Assembly: GCF_001194135.2 (NCBI RefSeq)
Contig: NC_068998.1
Location: forward strand, 17,183,564 to 17,247,563
DNA: 64,000 bases
Direction of reading: 5' to 3'
Source of the DNA: Octopus bimaculoides
Lineage: Eukaryota
Shown: positions 1-12,598 of the stretch, piece by piece
How the letters are laid out: the number at the start of each line of letters is the position of its first letter
Numbering within the stretch: position 1 is the stretch's first letter
Translations under genes and position numbers: made by a program
The notes under the pieces: model-generated
Told to the model about the DNA's origin: nothing
Database searches by the model: none
What the model saw: the letters and a program-made list of their open reading frames with translations, nothing else

Positions 1-20
1 TGGCCACCCTTCTCGTTATG

Positions 21-51
21 GATAGATAGATAGATAGATAGATAGATAGAG

Positions 52-116
<65 letters not shown>
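21..116 (+). repeat. (GATA)n microsatellite
   Basis: Near-perfect GATA tandem run. Confidence 0.95.
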
Positions 117-117
<1 letters not shown>

Positions 118-530
118 GTTTTTTGTTTGTTTAGTAAGCTATGAAGTTCTTACATTCTATCAGTTTCTTGTAATTCAGATAAAATGGAAAAAGCATTGCC
201 CTGGAGGAAGGCAAGGAAGATGTGCTGGAACAGCCACTCCGACTCACAGGGCTCACATTTGTGGATAACCATCTGATAGCAGTGAGCAGAGACATGCCCA
301 AGGTCTGAGAACACCAGTGGTCTCCACTGACACAGGCTCAACCATAAATCTGTCAGAGAATAACTGATATCTTTTAGAGTTTGCTTTTCTCAGCCTGGCA
401 AGCAAGGGAGCCTGGGCTGGTTGGCTGAACTCACCAAGTTACGCCTGGAGAAGGCGCCACAGCAAGTGACATCCCAGACCCAGATTAGGGGCCTATCACC
501 ATGGAATGGGAAAATTGTCATACCATCAGG

Positions 531-742
531 TCTATAGTAGAAGACACTTTACTACCAAGATGCCATGCAGTGGGGACTGAACCTGAAATGACATGGTTGC
601 AAAGCAAGCTTCTTAACCACACAGCCATGCCTGTACCTATTTTAGAAATAGAAGACACTTGCCCAAAATGATATACAGTGGAATAGAACCTGGGAACCTA
701 GTGATTACAAAGCTAACTTCTTAATTATTTAGCCAAGCTGTG
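531..742 (-). mobile_element. Two adjacent decayed tRNA-derived SINE heads (family A)
   Basis: Minus strand reads ggcatggctgtgtggttaagaagcttgctttgcaacc...ggttcagtccccactgcatggcatcttgg, with A/B-box-like motifs matching the fuller copy at 47947-48316. Confidence 0.75.
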
Positions 743-1525
743 TCCACAATAAAATCCAGGACTTAGCTGAACATCACTAACCTCCATCTATTCACATACA
801 AACATACATGCGAGCCAACAAGAGATTCTAGATGTAGTTACTTGACTTGCTAAAAATAGCAGCCAAATCTTTCTCAAATCAAGCTTTCTACTGTCTAAAA
901 GAGAAAAAAAAAATAAAACAAACACAAAAGCATAATGCTGAGGTGGACCAAGTTAACAAAGGTGCTTTTATGTGGTTGTTCAGCCTGCTAGAAATACAGC
1001 TAACTTCACCTCAAATAGCATAACACCAAATTATCTTCAAAATAAGAAAGGGCATACAGAATAATGTAGTCTAAGGTACATTGTGTGTGAATAAAAGAAG
1101 AGATGGTTATAGTTGGAATGCTTTTGATCATAAGCCTGTTTGATTGTGGCTGACCTAGGGCTACACAAAAACAACAACAACAACATCCTGAACTTTAAGA
1201 ACAATACACACAGGAGGATGAAAGAATTTGAACTTGAAAACCCAAGCATACAAGTCTAGGAAACAATATTGTTACCATTTCTGCTGCCTGTATTAGCTTC
1301 TTATTGATCTTTTATCTCACATCTTTTATCATTTACTTGTTTGAGACATTGGACAGCAACCATGCTGGTGCATCGCCTTGAAGGGGTTTCTTCAACAAAT
1401 CAAGTCCAATACTTACTTTTAAAAGTCTGATACTTATTCTGTTGGCATCTTTAGGCAAGCCACAAAGTTATGGGGATGTAAATAAACCAATGCCAGCTGA
1501 GAGAATAAAAACAAACTCAAAGATA

Positions 1526-1603
1526 TACATACATACATACATACATACATACATACATACATACATACATACATACATACATACATACATACATACATAC
1601 ATA
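1526..1603 (+). repeat. (CATA)n microsatellite
   Basis: Perfect CATA run; further CATA runs at 1907-1935 and 2191-2238 flank the LINE ends below. Confidence 0.95.
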
Positions 1604-1651
1604 GACACATAGACNNNNNNNNNNNNNNNNNNNNNNNNNNNNNNNCATACA

Positions 1652-1906
1652 TGTATAGGTTTTGTTAGTAAATGCTTAAAGGAGAGTCTGGATAAACTGG
1701 GATTTTCAGAAAGAGAAATCGACCGGCTAATTCATACGTTACAAGTGCAATCTGTGAGTGGAACAGTAAAAATATGCAAGACTTTTCTCAAGTTCCAAAT
1801 GTGAATTTGTCTGTGTTAATTACATCCCAAAGATGGAGCCTTGTATCTTTGTTGGAAACTGGCACCCTCCTCAGTGGAAGCTTTATAATAATTAAAAAAT
1901 AGAAGA
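1652..1906 (+). mobile_element. 3' end of a non-LTR retrotransposon, probably RLE-type (R4/Dong-like); copy 1
   Basis: 1655-1804 translates IGFVSKCLKESLDKLGFSEREIDRLIHTLQVQSVSGTVKICKTFLKFQM*, resembling the C-terminus after the restriction-like endonuclease motif. A ~100-bp 3'UTR follows and ends directly in (CATA)n. Clade assignment is from memory. Confidence 0.55.
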
Positions 1907-1944
1907 CATACATACATACATACATACATACATACAATCATACA

Positions 1945-2190
1945 TGCATAGGTTTTGTTAGTAAATGCTTAAAGGAGAATCTGGATAAATTAGGATTTTC
2001 AGAAAGAGAAATCAACCGGCTAATTCATACATTACAAGTGAGTGGAACAGTAAAAATATACAAGACTTTTCTCAAGTTCCAAATGTGAATTTGTCTGTGT
2101 TAACTACATCCCAAAGACGGGGTCTTGTATCTTTGTTAGAAGCTGGATCCCTCCTCAGTGGAAGATTTATAATAATCAAAAAATAGAAGA
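1945..2190 (+). mobile_element. Second tandem copy of the same LINE 3' end
   Basis: About 93% identical to 1652-1906 by eye, with the same 5' breakpoint, a short deletion in the QSV codons, and a (CATA)n end. Confidence 0.75.
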
Positions 2191-2208
2191 CATACATACA
2201 TACATACA

Positions 2209-2239
<31 letters not shown>

Positions 2240-2240
2240 G

Positions 2241-3122
2241 GTGACAAGGGATGAAAAATGGATTGTTTATAACAATGTGAAGTGCAAGTAATCATGGGGG
2301 AAGCTTAGTGAACCATCATGAACAACCTCCAAAGCAAGACTTAACCCAAAGAAGTTTATGCTTTCAATTTGATGGGATTGGAAGGGTTTTACCTTTTATG
2401 AGTTTCTTCCAATGGACAGGAACAGATACGTACTGTGACCAGCTGAACGAATTAAAAGCAATAATCTATCAAAAGTATCCAGTACTTGCTAATTGTCTTT
2501 CGTCATGACAATGCCAGACTATACACTTCTTTGCAGACGTTGCAGAAGTTACTAGGTATTGACTGAGAAGTTTTGCCACACCATCCATATTTGCCTGACT
2601 TTACACCTTCAGATCTCCAGCTGTTTCAGTTTCTTCAAAATTCATTGAAGACAGACCTTCAACTCTGCAAAAGATGTAAAAATTCTTTCACCTGGTAGAG
2701 TTTTTCACTAGTAAAGTAAGGGAATTCTTTGAGCAGGAATAATGGATCTGTCCACAAGATAGCAGAAGACACTGAAATAAGATGGTAATTATATCAAGGG
2801 CAGTGAGCTGGCAGAATTATTAGCATGCCGGGCGAAATGCTTACCAGTGTTTCGGCTGCCATTCCGTTCTGAGTTCAAATCCCACCAAGGTCGACTTTGC
2901 CCTTCATCCTTTCGGGTCGATTAAATAAGTACCAGTTACATACTGGAGTCGATGTAATCGACTTAATCCCTTTGTCTGTCCTTGTTTGTCCCCTCTGTGT
3001 TTAGCCCCCTGTGGGCAATAAAGAAATAAAAATTAAATCATTGATTGAATAAATTACTTTGCACTCAAAATTTGTGTCATACTTTTGTTTAAAAAAGTGC
3101 ACAGACTTTTTGGCCAACCCAT
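2241..3122 (+). mobile_element. Mariner (DD34D) transposase relic, 5'-truncated, with right TIR
   Basis: Reads VTRDEKWIVYNN...WDWKG...HDNAR (D at 2507-2509), then 34 residues to PSD, then FF..GI..L...DGNYIID* once the SINE is removed. There are stops and frameshifts. The mariner-type TIR ...gactttttggccaacccat is followed by TA. Confidence 0.9.
2797..3030 (+). mobile_element. tRNA-derived SINE family B1 nested in the mariner
   Basis: Head gagctggcagaa...gagttcaaatccc, tail ...gccccctgtgggcaataaagaaata. The TSD is aattatatca (2787-2796) / aattaaatca (3031-3040). Confidence 0.9.
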
Positions 3123-3164
3123 TATATGTATGTGTATGTGTGTGTGTGTATGTGTGCATATACA

Positions 3165-3386
3165 TGATGGTCTTCCACACAGTTTCCCTCTCCTAATAAG
3201 AGGGTGCAGAAACCTTCAGGAAGATATACAATGTGAACAGAGAGGATGCTGTCATAAATTTCACTCACAAGGTATTGGTTGGCATTGGCCATAGGAGCAT
3301 GGTAGAAGACACTTGCCCAAGGGACTATGCAGTGGGACTGAACCTGAAACTAGGTGGTTGCAAAGTGAGCTTCTTAACCACACAGC
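3165..3386 (-). mobile_element. SINE family A, 5' half
   Basis: Matches the head and body of 47947-48316 on the minus strand, with a small insertion. Confidence 0.7.
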
Positions 3387-4035
3387 AAAGCCTGATTAAC
3401 CAAATTATGGCTATTAATGGATATGATTTCATGTTTTTAGAAAGGAATATATAAATACACCAGAAGATTTCAATAGTTTTTGTTATAATTAAACTGTAAT
3501 TCAATGGTTGTTTTACAATGTGTAGTCGTACATTGTTCCTCTTGTGATGTACAAAGGGATTTTAAACAGAGCCACACAAAATATTTTGGTTTATAATTTG
3601 TTTGTTTGTTGTTGGGATGGTTCTTTCAATTATTATTATTTTTTTTTTTTTTACTATTTCTTTTTTTTTTCTTTTCTTCTTTTCCAATTACTGAATTCTG
3701 TTCACATCTTGGATTTCCGATTACTTTTCTTAAAAGCCAAAAAACAACAACAACAACAATAATAATAATAATAACAACAACAACAATGATCATGATAATA
3801 TTAAATAAAATAAAAAAAAAATGTCTAATGCAAATTAATATTGGGGAAATTAACAAAGAATTGGAAATAATCAGACTGCATTAGTAGTTAAGTGCTGAGT
3901 GATGAGCGACTAACAGAGATGAATGTACCCAGAGGAAGAGGGAAAGAAAGAAAGGATGAAAGGAAGGGCGGTAGGGGTGGAAAAAGTGAAGAGAAACAGG
4001 ATGAGAGAAAAAGAAGGAGAAGAGGAGAGACAGAC

Positions 4036-4077
<42 letters not shown>

Positions 4078-4671
4078 NNNNNNNNNNNNNNNNNNNNNNN
4101 NNNNNNNNNNNNNNNNNNNNNNNNNNNNNNNNNNNNNNNNNNNNNNNNNNNNNNNNNNNNNNNNNNNNNNNNNNNNNNNNNNNNNNNNNNNNNNNNNNNN
4201 NNNNNNNNNNNNNNATATATACAGAAAGAAAGTGAAGGAGAGAGATGAGGTAAGATATGTATTCTGTGTGACTACCAGTATTGCAGCTGCTATGTTACTA
4301 TAATATCTTGCCCTGCTATTGGGTAAAACCATGATTGATCTTCAATACAAAGGTTTTTCCCTGCAAACATCTGGTTATGGAAGCAGTCAATGGGATTGGC
4401 TTTCTTTCTTTCTTTCATTCATTTTCTTTCTTTCTTTCTTTCTGTATCTCTTCAGTTCCTTTTTCTGTTTTCCTGTCTTTCTTTCTCCTTTCTTCTCTCT
4501 TCTTTCTTTGCTTTATTTCTTCTGCCATTCTTTTGTGACTTCTTTATATTTTCTTACCATTCCAATATTTCTGTCCACCTGGATAATCAGGAGAACAATT
4601 CAGAAGACATCCACTAGTAAATAAATTCTTCCTTTCTTGTTTTTTTTTATTAAAAGATATACATCATATAT

Positions 4672-4730
<59 letters not shown>

Positions 4731-5030
4731 NNNNNNNNNNNNNNNNNNNNNNNNNNNNNNNNNNNNNNNNNNNNNNNNNNNNNNNNNNNNNNNNNNNNNN
4801 NNNNNNNNNNNNNNNNNNNNNNNNNNNNNNNNNNNNNNNNNNNNNNNNNNNNNNNNNNNNNNNNNNNNNNNNNNNNNNNNNNNNNNNNNNNNNNNNNNNN
4901 NNNNNNNNNNNNNNNNNNNNNNNNNNNNNNNNNNNNNNNNNNNNNNNNNNNNNNNNNNNNNNNNNNNNNNNNNNNNNNNNNNNNNNNNNNNNNNNNNNNN
5001 NNNNNNNNNNNNNNATATATATATACATAC

Positions 5031-5080
<50 letters not shown>

Positions 5081-5198
5081 CACACACACACATATATAGA
5101 TATGTATGTATTATGGACGTATACATATAACAAAAGGAAAGAGAAACAGAGAAACCAAGAAAGAGAGAGAGAGAGACTGATAGAGAAGCAGAGAGAGG

Positions 5199-5231
<33 letters not shown>

Positions 5232-5571
5232 GAGAGATCGACAGACAGAGAGGTAGAGAGACAACGAGATAGAAAGGGAGATCCTCAAATCCCCTCGAAA
5301 AAAACAAAAATAATAAAGCAAAACTAAAAAAGGTAAAAAAAAATCAGTTGAAACAGGCCAAAACACACAAGAAAAAACCCACCTCACCAAGAACAATAAA
5401 CAAAAAAAATACTGAGTAAACAAACAAAGAATATTTAGCTCAGAATAAATTTTGAATCATCTGCTAAATCCTCCAAATAGTTTATCTACATCAGTTCTTG
5501 ATAACAGGAAACTGATGTATGTATATACACATATATATATATATATATACATATGCACAATNNNNNNNNNN

Positions 5572-5615
<44 letters not shown>

Positions 5616-5814
5616 CAAACATATGGTACTCCTTTAATCTGTTAAAGTAATTCAGAACCAAGAGGATGCATAAAAAATGAAAATGTAGCAATATTTGTTG
5701 TTGTTGTTGTTGTTGTTAGCATTAATATTATTGTTGTAGCAGCTTTATTTGTTGTACAATGAGTAAAAGATTATAATGTACCTTTAAGATCAATGTATCT
5801 ATGGGTGTGCATAT

Positions 5815-6110
5815 GAATGTATGTATGTATGTATGTATGTATGTATGTATGTATGTATGTATATATTTATGTATGTATATATACATACATATACATATGT
5901 ATGCATGNNNNNNNNNNCAATCTATGTAGCTTTAAATATCCACACACACATACACATATGTATGTATATATATATATGTATGTATGTATTTATGTATGTA
6001 TGTATGTATGTATATATGTATGTATACATGTATGTATGTATGTATGTATGTGTGTATGCATGTGTGTATGTATGTATGTATGTATGTATGTATGTATGTA
6101 TGTATGTATA
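5815..6110 (+). repeat. Compound (TATG)n/(TA)n/(CA)n microsatellite
   Basis: Tandem tetra- and dinucleotide runs. Confidence 0.9.
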
Positions 6111-6299
6111 TGCACAGAAATGCAGTCAGGAAACCGAGAGTTGGCAACTTCGGTGAAGTATTTAGTGTGTAGGTAGGCATCCATCAACGTTTGGTTCTCA
6201 ACCCCCTCTTATTTATAATAATATTCCACGCCGTAAGAGAGGAGTTTAAGACAAGCTGTCGGTGGGAAGTCCTACATAATACTGATAATCTAGTACTTA

Positions 6300-6760
6300 T
6301 AGCAGAGATAGTGAAAGATTAGAGAAGAAATTCCAGAATCAAGATTTTTCAGAGTAAACTTGGATTTTTAATACAAAATTAAGACAGTTCTGCCATATAC
6401 GCTGTGAATAGATGTCCCTGGAAGATCTTTTGGGTGACATGATGAAACAGACTAACAAAGCCTTGGAACAGGTGAACAAGCAACCTATCAAAACTCAGAT
6501 CCAGAAGAGGAACTGGCGTTGGCTGCAACACACCTGTAGAAATCTGTTTCCAATTTTACAAAGCAAGTGCTGTGATGGACACCCCTCAAGGGATATGGAA
6601 GCATGGCAGACTGGAAAACAACATGGAGATGGTCCATAGAAACTGATGCACAAGCAGGAGGTCACATCTGGCAACAACTGCAATCTATTTGCCAAAGATT
6701 GAGACTGATGGAGATCTCTTGTTGGAACCCTATGCACCAAATGGAGTCGAAAGGAATGAA
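6300..6760 (+). mobile_element. RTE-clade LINE 3' relic
   Basis: Frameshifted translation QPIKTQIQKRNWRWLQHT...WTP(Q)G...KTTWRWSIETDAQAGGHIWQQLQSI...WRSLVGTLCTKWSRKE* is typical of the RTE post-RT C-terminus. Confidence 0.8.
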
Positions 6761-7080
6761 GAGGAAGAGAATGAGGAGGAGGAGGAGAAAAAGGAAGAGG
6801 AAGAATTTAGTAAAAACTAATGTTTTGGTAAATAAATAACAAAGAATTCTGTTGTCATCAAGGAATAGAATCCATTTAATGACCTGTACAGGATAATGCA
6901 GCATAAAGACAAATGGTTAAGTAACTAGGAGATTGAAAACTCATATAATGGAACATCAATACACACACACATTCATTTGCAAGCATATACATATAGGCAT
7001 AGACATACATACATATATACATACGTACATATAGGCAATGTATGTAGGTATGTACATATACATACATATAGGCAATGACA

Positions 7081-7451
7081 GGAGACCAAGACCTTTGCTG
7101 GGATTGAGAAGACTTGGCAACTAAAGTGAAATTGCAACCATGCATATCTGGCCCAGTTAAGAGTACCCCTGATGCATCGTGCGATATGATATGCTTGAGA
7201 AGACCTGTTGAGTCAGGTAAAACCAATATCAGAAGCTGTGGCCAGTGCCCCCTGAATGGCTCCTGTGCTGGTGGCATGTTAAAAGCACCCACTAACTCTC
7301 GGAGTGGTTGTCGTTAGGAAGGGCATCCAACTGTAGAAACATTGCCAGATCAGATTGGAGACTGGTGCAGCTTCTCGCTCTCCAGACCTCAGTCAAACCG
7401 TCCAACCCATACCAGCATGGAAAGCGGATGTTAAACGATGATGATGATGAT
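7081..7451 (+). mobile_element. Retroposon family D with (GAT)n tail
   Basis: gttaggaagggcatccaactgtagaaac...ccgtccaacccataccagcatggaaagcggatgttaaacgatgatgatga; at least 10 related copies lie in the window. Confidence 0.8.
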
Positions 7452-7879
7452 NNNNNNNNNNNNNNNNNNNNNNNNNNNNNNNNNNNNNNNNNNNNNNNNN
7501 NNNNNNNNNNNNNNNNNNNNNNNNNNNNNNNNNNNNNNNNNNNNNNNNNNNNNNNNNNNNNNNNNNNNNNNNNNNNNNNNNNNNNNNNNNNNNNNNNNNN
7601 NNNNNNNNNNNNNNNNNNNNNNNNNNNNNNNNNNNNNNNNNNNNNNNNNNNNNNNNNNTAACCTACAAGGAAATGTTCTGAAATGTAGTTTGCTTGTTAT
7701 ATTACAGCATAATCCGGTTTATGGGTGTATATGTATATATTCATATGTACATTCATTTATAAATATATAGATAGGTGATGGATGATGTAGCATCACTTAT
7801 GTAACTGACACAGATTGCAAAACAGCTGTCATCTAATAGAATAAGCATCTATTCTCTCACTTCACTTATCTCATCAATT

Positions 7880-7910
<31 letters not shown>

Positions 7911-8202
7911 ATAGATAGACAGATAGGCAGGGAGGCAAACAGACAGACAGACAGACAGAATAGCTGTGTGATAAGAAGTTTGCCTTCCAACCATATGTTT
8001 CTAAGCACATACAGGGGTTGTATGGAAACACCTTAAAATTTCAAACAAATTTTTTTAATATGGAGTAGGACAGCTTTGGAAGTAATTACAGCTTGAATTC
8101 TATTTTTTGCTGAACTGCTAAGTTACAGGAGACATAAACAAACCAACACCCGTTGTCAAACAGTGACAAGGGATAAACACAGATGCAAAAATACAAACGC
8201 AT

Positions 8203-8247
<45 letters not shown>

Positions 8248-9033
8248 NNNNNNNNNNNNNNNNNNNNNNNNNNNNNNNNNNNNNNNNNNNNNNNNNNNNN
8301 NNNNNNNNNNNNNNNNNNNNNNNNNNNNNNNNNNNNNNNNNNNNNNNNNNNNNNNNNNNNNNNNNNNNNNNNNNNNNNNNNNNNNNNNNNNNNNNNNNNN
8401 NNNNNNNNNNNNNNNNNNNNNNNNNNNNNNNNNNNNNNNNNNNNNNNNNNNNNNNNNNNNNNNNNNNNNNNNNNNNNNNNNNNNNNNNNNNNNNNNNNNN
8501 NNNNNNNNNNNNNNNNNNNNNNNNNNNNNNNNNNNNNNNNNNNNNNNNNNNNNNNNNNNNNNNNNNNNNNNNNNNNNNNNNNNNNNNNNNNNNNNNNNNN
8601 NNNNNNNNNNNNNNNNNNNNNNNNNNNNNNNNNNNNNNNNNNNNNNNNNNNNNNNNNNNNNNNNNNNNNNNNNNNNNNNNNNNNNNNNNNNNNNNNNNNN
8701 NNNNNNNNNNNNNNNNNNNNNNNNNNNNNNNNNNNNNNNNNNNNNNNNNNNNNNNNNNNNNNNNNNNNNNNNNNNNNNNNNNNNNNNNNNNNNNNNNNNN
8801 NNNNNNNNNNNNNNNNNNNNNNNNNNNNNNNNNNNNNNNNNNNNNNNNNNNNNNNNNNNNNNNNNNNNNNNNNNNNNNNNNNNNNNNNNNNNNNNNNNNN
8901 NNNNNNNNNNNNNNNNNNNNNNNNNNNNNNNNNNNNNNNNNNNNNNNNNNNNNNNNNNNNNNNNNNNNNNNNNNNNNNNNNNNNNNNNNNNNNNNNNNNN
9001 NNNNNNNNNNNNNNNNNNNNNNNNNNNNNNNNN

Positions 9034-9099
<66 letters not shown>

Positions 9100-9598
9100 A
9101 CTGGGTATAGTTCAGAGAGCAACTACCTTTGTTGGTAAGAAAGGGCTTCTCGCTCAGAGTGAGAGGCAGATTGTATCATGCCTTTGTACTGACAGCAATG
9201 CTATATGACAGTGAGACATGGGATGTGATCAAAGAGGACAGGTGAAGACTTGAAAGAAATGAAATCAGCATGCTCCACTGGATGTCAGTGTGCAAGTACA
9301 ACAAAGTGTAATTATTGTAGGAGAAAAATTAGGTATAAAAAGCATCAGATGTAATGTGCAAGAGAGAAGATTGCACTTGAACGCTCATTTGATGCATATG
9401 GATAAGGACAGCTGCATAAAAAAAAGTATTGATTACTAAGTGTAGCAAGGAACCTTTGGAAGAAGAAGACCCAAAAATTCATGGAACAAAATGAAGAGAA
9501 ATGATCTTCTGATGTTGAACCTCACAGAAGTGATGACAGAAGACTGAGACAATTGACAATTTCTGAGCTGGAGAAAACCAGACTAGCTCAGTGAAATC
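9100..9598 (+). mobile_element. RTE-clade LINE 3' relic (second family)
   Basis: Reads LPLLVRKGFSLRVRGRLYHAFVLTAMLYDSETW...RLERNEISMLHW...KLGIKSI...ERRL...GRRRPKNSW, with stops and frameshifts. Confidence 0.85.
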
Positions 9599-10048
9599 AA
9601 GTATATACAGATTTGTGATCTGTGTCCGTACCCCTTCCCCCACTCATAATCTGTCCCCTGACAAACCACCCCCACAATTCATCTTCTCAACACCCATTCC
9701 CCCACTGATGCTCTCCACCCACTGCATTTCCATCCACTCTCTATCGTGTACCTACCTGCACACAATATTTCCCCATTGAATCTTTCCCCCTCCCACAACA
9801 TATCCTCCCAATACCCCTTCCCTCTTCCTGTGCCCACTCATTACAGTTCACCCCCCCACTTCCATCTACCACTCTCCTTTTTTGAAATCTCATGAACTCA
9901 CTCATGCATTCACCCCCTCCAATCTCCGGTTCATTTCTCTCTATACACTTCTCGGTAACTTGGGTGAACTCCCTCCCTGCCCACCATCTCACTCACACTT
10001 CCCCATCTTCTTCCTCTTCTCTCTCTTACTCTCTTCTTTCTCTTTCTT

Positions 10049-10088
<40 letters not shown>

Positions 10089-10189
10089 GTCTCCTTCCAC
10101 CTGAGGTAACTATGTTTCTCCTCTAATGCAAAGCTTCTTTTTCTGTCCATCAATACTGCTCACCCATTCAATTGAGGGGTTTTGTCTTG

Positions 10190-10417
10190 TAAGTTATTTG
10201 GTGACCTCACTGCTGAATGGTGTACTAGCTGCCATGTAAAAAGCACCCGGGCCACTCTGTAAAGTGGCTGGCATTAAGAAGGACATCCAGCTGTAGAAAT
10301 CATGCCAAAATAAACAGCAGGGCTTGGTGCAGTTTTCTGATTTACAAATTCTTGTCTAACTGCCCAATTTATGTCAGTAAGGAAAGCAGATGTTGAATGA
10401 CAATGATGATGATGATA

Positions 10418-10490
<73 letters not shown>

Positions 10491-10505
10491 CGACGACGAT
10501 GACGA
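10190..10505 (+). mobile_element. Family D copy with expanded (GAT)n/(GAC)n tail
   Basis: gccatgtaaaaagcac...aaggacatccagctgtagaaa...ggaaagcagatgttgaatga, followed by a ~100-bp GAT run. Confidence 0.75.
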
Positions 10506-10668
10506 TGGGCTTCCACACAGTTTCCATCAATTAAATTCCCTCGCAAGGCATTAGTCCACCCAGGGCTATAGTAGAAGACGCTTGCCAGAAGTGCCACACA
10601 GTGGGACTGAGCCCAAAACCATGTGGTTGCAAAGTGGGCTTCTTAACCACACAGCTATGCCTGCACCT
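10505..10668 (-). mobile_element. SINE family A 5' part
   Basis: Minus strand ggtgcaggcatagctgtgtggttaagaagcccactttgcaaccacatgg... Confidence 0.75.
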
Positions 10669-10696
10669 ATATAAAGCCATGTCTGCTTCTGATGAA

Positions 10697-11012
10697 AGTG
10701 TAGGACTTAGTGGTTAGGGTATTCAGCTCGAGGTCATAAAGTCATGAGTTTGATTCATAGCTTTGTGTTGTGCCCTTGAACATAACACTTTATTCTATAT
10801 TACTCCAGTCCACTCATCTGGCAAAGATGAGTTGTACCAGTTTCAGAGGGCCAGCCTTGTTACATCTATATCACTTCACTCTGAATTGCCCTGAGAACTA
10901 CGTTAAGGGTACACATGTCTGTGGAGTGCTCAGCCACTTGCATGTTAATTTCATGAGGGGCTGTTTTATTGATTGGATCAACTGGAACACTCATTATTGC
11001 AACCAACAGAGA
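10697..11012 (+). mobile_element. tRNA-derived SINE with family-H body and family-C tail
   Basis: Head cttagtggttagggt...; body ttgtgcccttgaacataacacttt...ccagtccactca; tail gagaactacgttaagggtacacatgtctgtggagtgctcagccacttgc shared with 32926-33310. Confidence 0.75.
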
Positions 11013-11024
11013 ACCAGTTAGTTA

Positions 11025-11830
11025 AAGCCATAGCTATTTCTATATGGTAATCTTGACTTCCTCTTTGTTGGGAGTGACATCCATGGTACCACAGAAGGTA
11101 TTCCACAACATTTTAAAAAACTATTATGAATGGTTAATATAAAATGTCTGTGAATTGTAGTCCACTGCTTCAAAACATCCCCTGTATCATTGATCAGCAT
11201 GAATATATCTTTAGATCAGAGAGGAGAGCCATATTTGATTGGCAAGGACCCAATATTTTTTTAACAAACTGTACATTGTTTTGAAATCCTTTTTATCAAA
11301 AGCCAATTGAATATTTCTGGATATACTTGGTTACCACACGGCTTTTCACAGTCCTTAATTTTCTATGCAATGCTGATTTATAATGCTTCATTGAATCTTT
11401 TATTGTCAAACATTCCTTTTCAGATAAATTAACATTAATCAATTTCTGGTGCAATTTATGCATGATGTCTAGGAGTTTAGATATTTCTGGATTATATTCA
11501 TTGAACTAATCCTCGAGTTTATGTATCTTAAAGCCTAAAATATCAACAGAGATGTTATAAACTTTTTGTTTGAAATCTATCCATAAACCACGAAGCAGTG
11601 AATTAGCCAGAGATCTTCATGAGGGGAAGCAGATGTTATGGCATGTTGGAGCCTGATAGCATTCAACTGTTTCAGAATTTACATGCTGTTTTGTCTAAAC
11701 AGTTCCACCTTGTCTTGTATAAGGTAATGATCTGTCCAGCATGTAGCCTCATGCAAGACTTTCACATCACAAAGATCACAAATACCATATTTACATGAAA
11801 TGAAGAAGGCATTGTGAAAGCCCTATTAAT
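11025..11830 (-). mobile_element. RTE/BovB-like LINE ORF relic (APE end to pre-RT linker)
   Basis: Minus strand reads DVKVLHEATCWTDHYLI (APE C-terminal WTDH motif), then DKKDFKTMYSLLKKILGP...DVLKQW...PNKEEVKITI; heavily disrupted. Confidence 0.75.
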
Positions 11831-11880
11831 CATGGATATGCCTGGGTATCTTTATGTTTAAGTATATATATCTATACATA

Positions 11881-11912
<32 letters not shown>

Positions 11913-11994
11913 TTATATATATTTCATCATGTTGAATTGTTAAGCCCTATACATTTTTTTCTCTCCCCGTGTTTTTCCTTCTCTCTCCATTTTT

Positions 11995-12131
11995 TTATCT
12001 CTTAATCCTTTCTGTTGAAGAGCATAGGCTTGAAACATCAACAACTTTTCCATTCTTCCCAAGCATTAAACTAATACGCCTGCTTATTGTCCCTTCACCT
12101 GTCTTCATCTTTTGTTTTCTGCAAATTTGGT

Positions 12132-12135
<4 letters not shown>
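11995..12135 (+). mobile_element. Penelope-like element terminal fragment (family P2) with variant hammerhead motif
   Basis: cctttCTGTTGAagagcataggcttGAAACatc...aaactaatacgcctg...ctgcaaatttggtct, then (TA)n. Homologous to 41936-42090 and 61678-61850. Confidence 0.65.
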
Positions 12136-12177
<42 letters not shown>

Positions 12178-12557
12178 TATTTATATATATANNNNNNNNN
12201 NNNNNNNNNNNNNNNNNNNNNNNNNNNNNNNNNNNNNNNNNNNNNNNNNNNNNNNNNNNNNNNNNNNNNNNNNNNNNNNNNNNNNNNNNNNNNNNNNNNN
12301 NNNNNNNNNNNNNNNNNNNNNNNNNNNNNNNNNNNNNNNNNNNNNNNNNNNNNNNNNNNNNNNNNNNNNNNNNNNNNNNNNNNNNNNNNNNNNNNNNNNN
12401 NNNNNNNNNNNNNNNNNNNNNNNNNNNNNNNNNNNNNNNNNNNNNNNNNNNNNNNNNNNNNNNNNNNNNNNNNNNNNNNNNNNNNNNNNNNNNNNNNNNN
12501 NNNNNNNNNNNNNNNNNNNNNNNNNNNNNNNNNNNNNNNNNNNNNNNNNNNNNATAT

Positions 12558-12598
<41 letters not shown>

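Noticed and set aside
6130-6290. Hairpin followed by CAAACGTTG on the minus strand, reminiscent of a PLE terminus
   Set aside because: No core motif and no second copy in the window.
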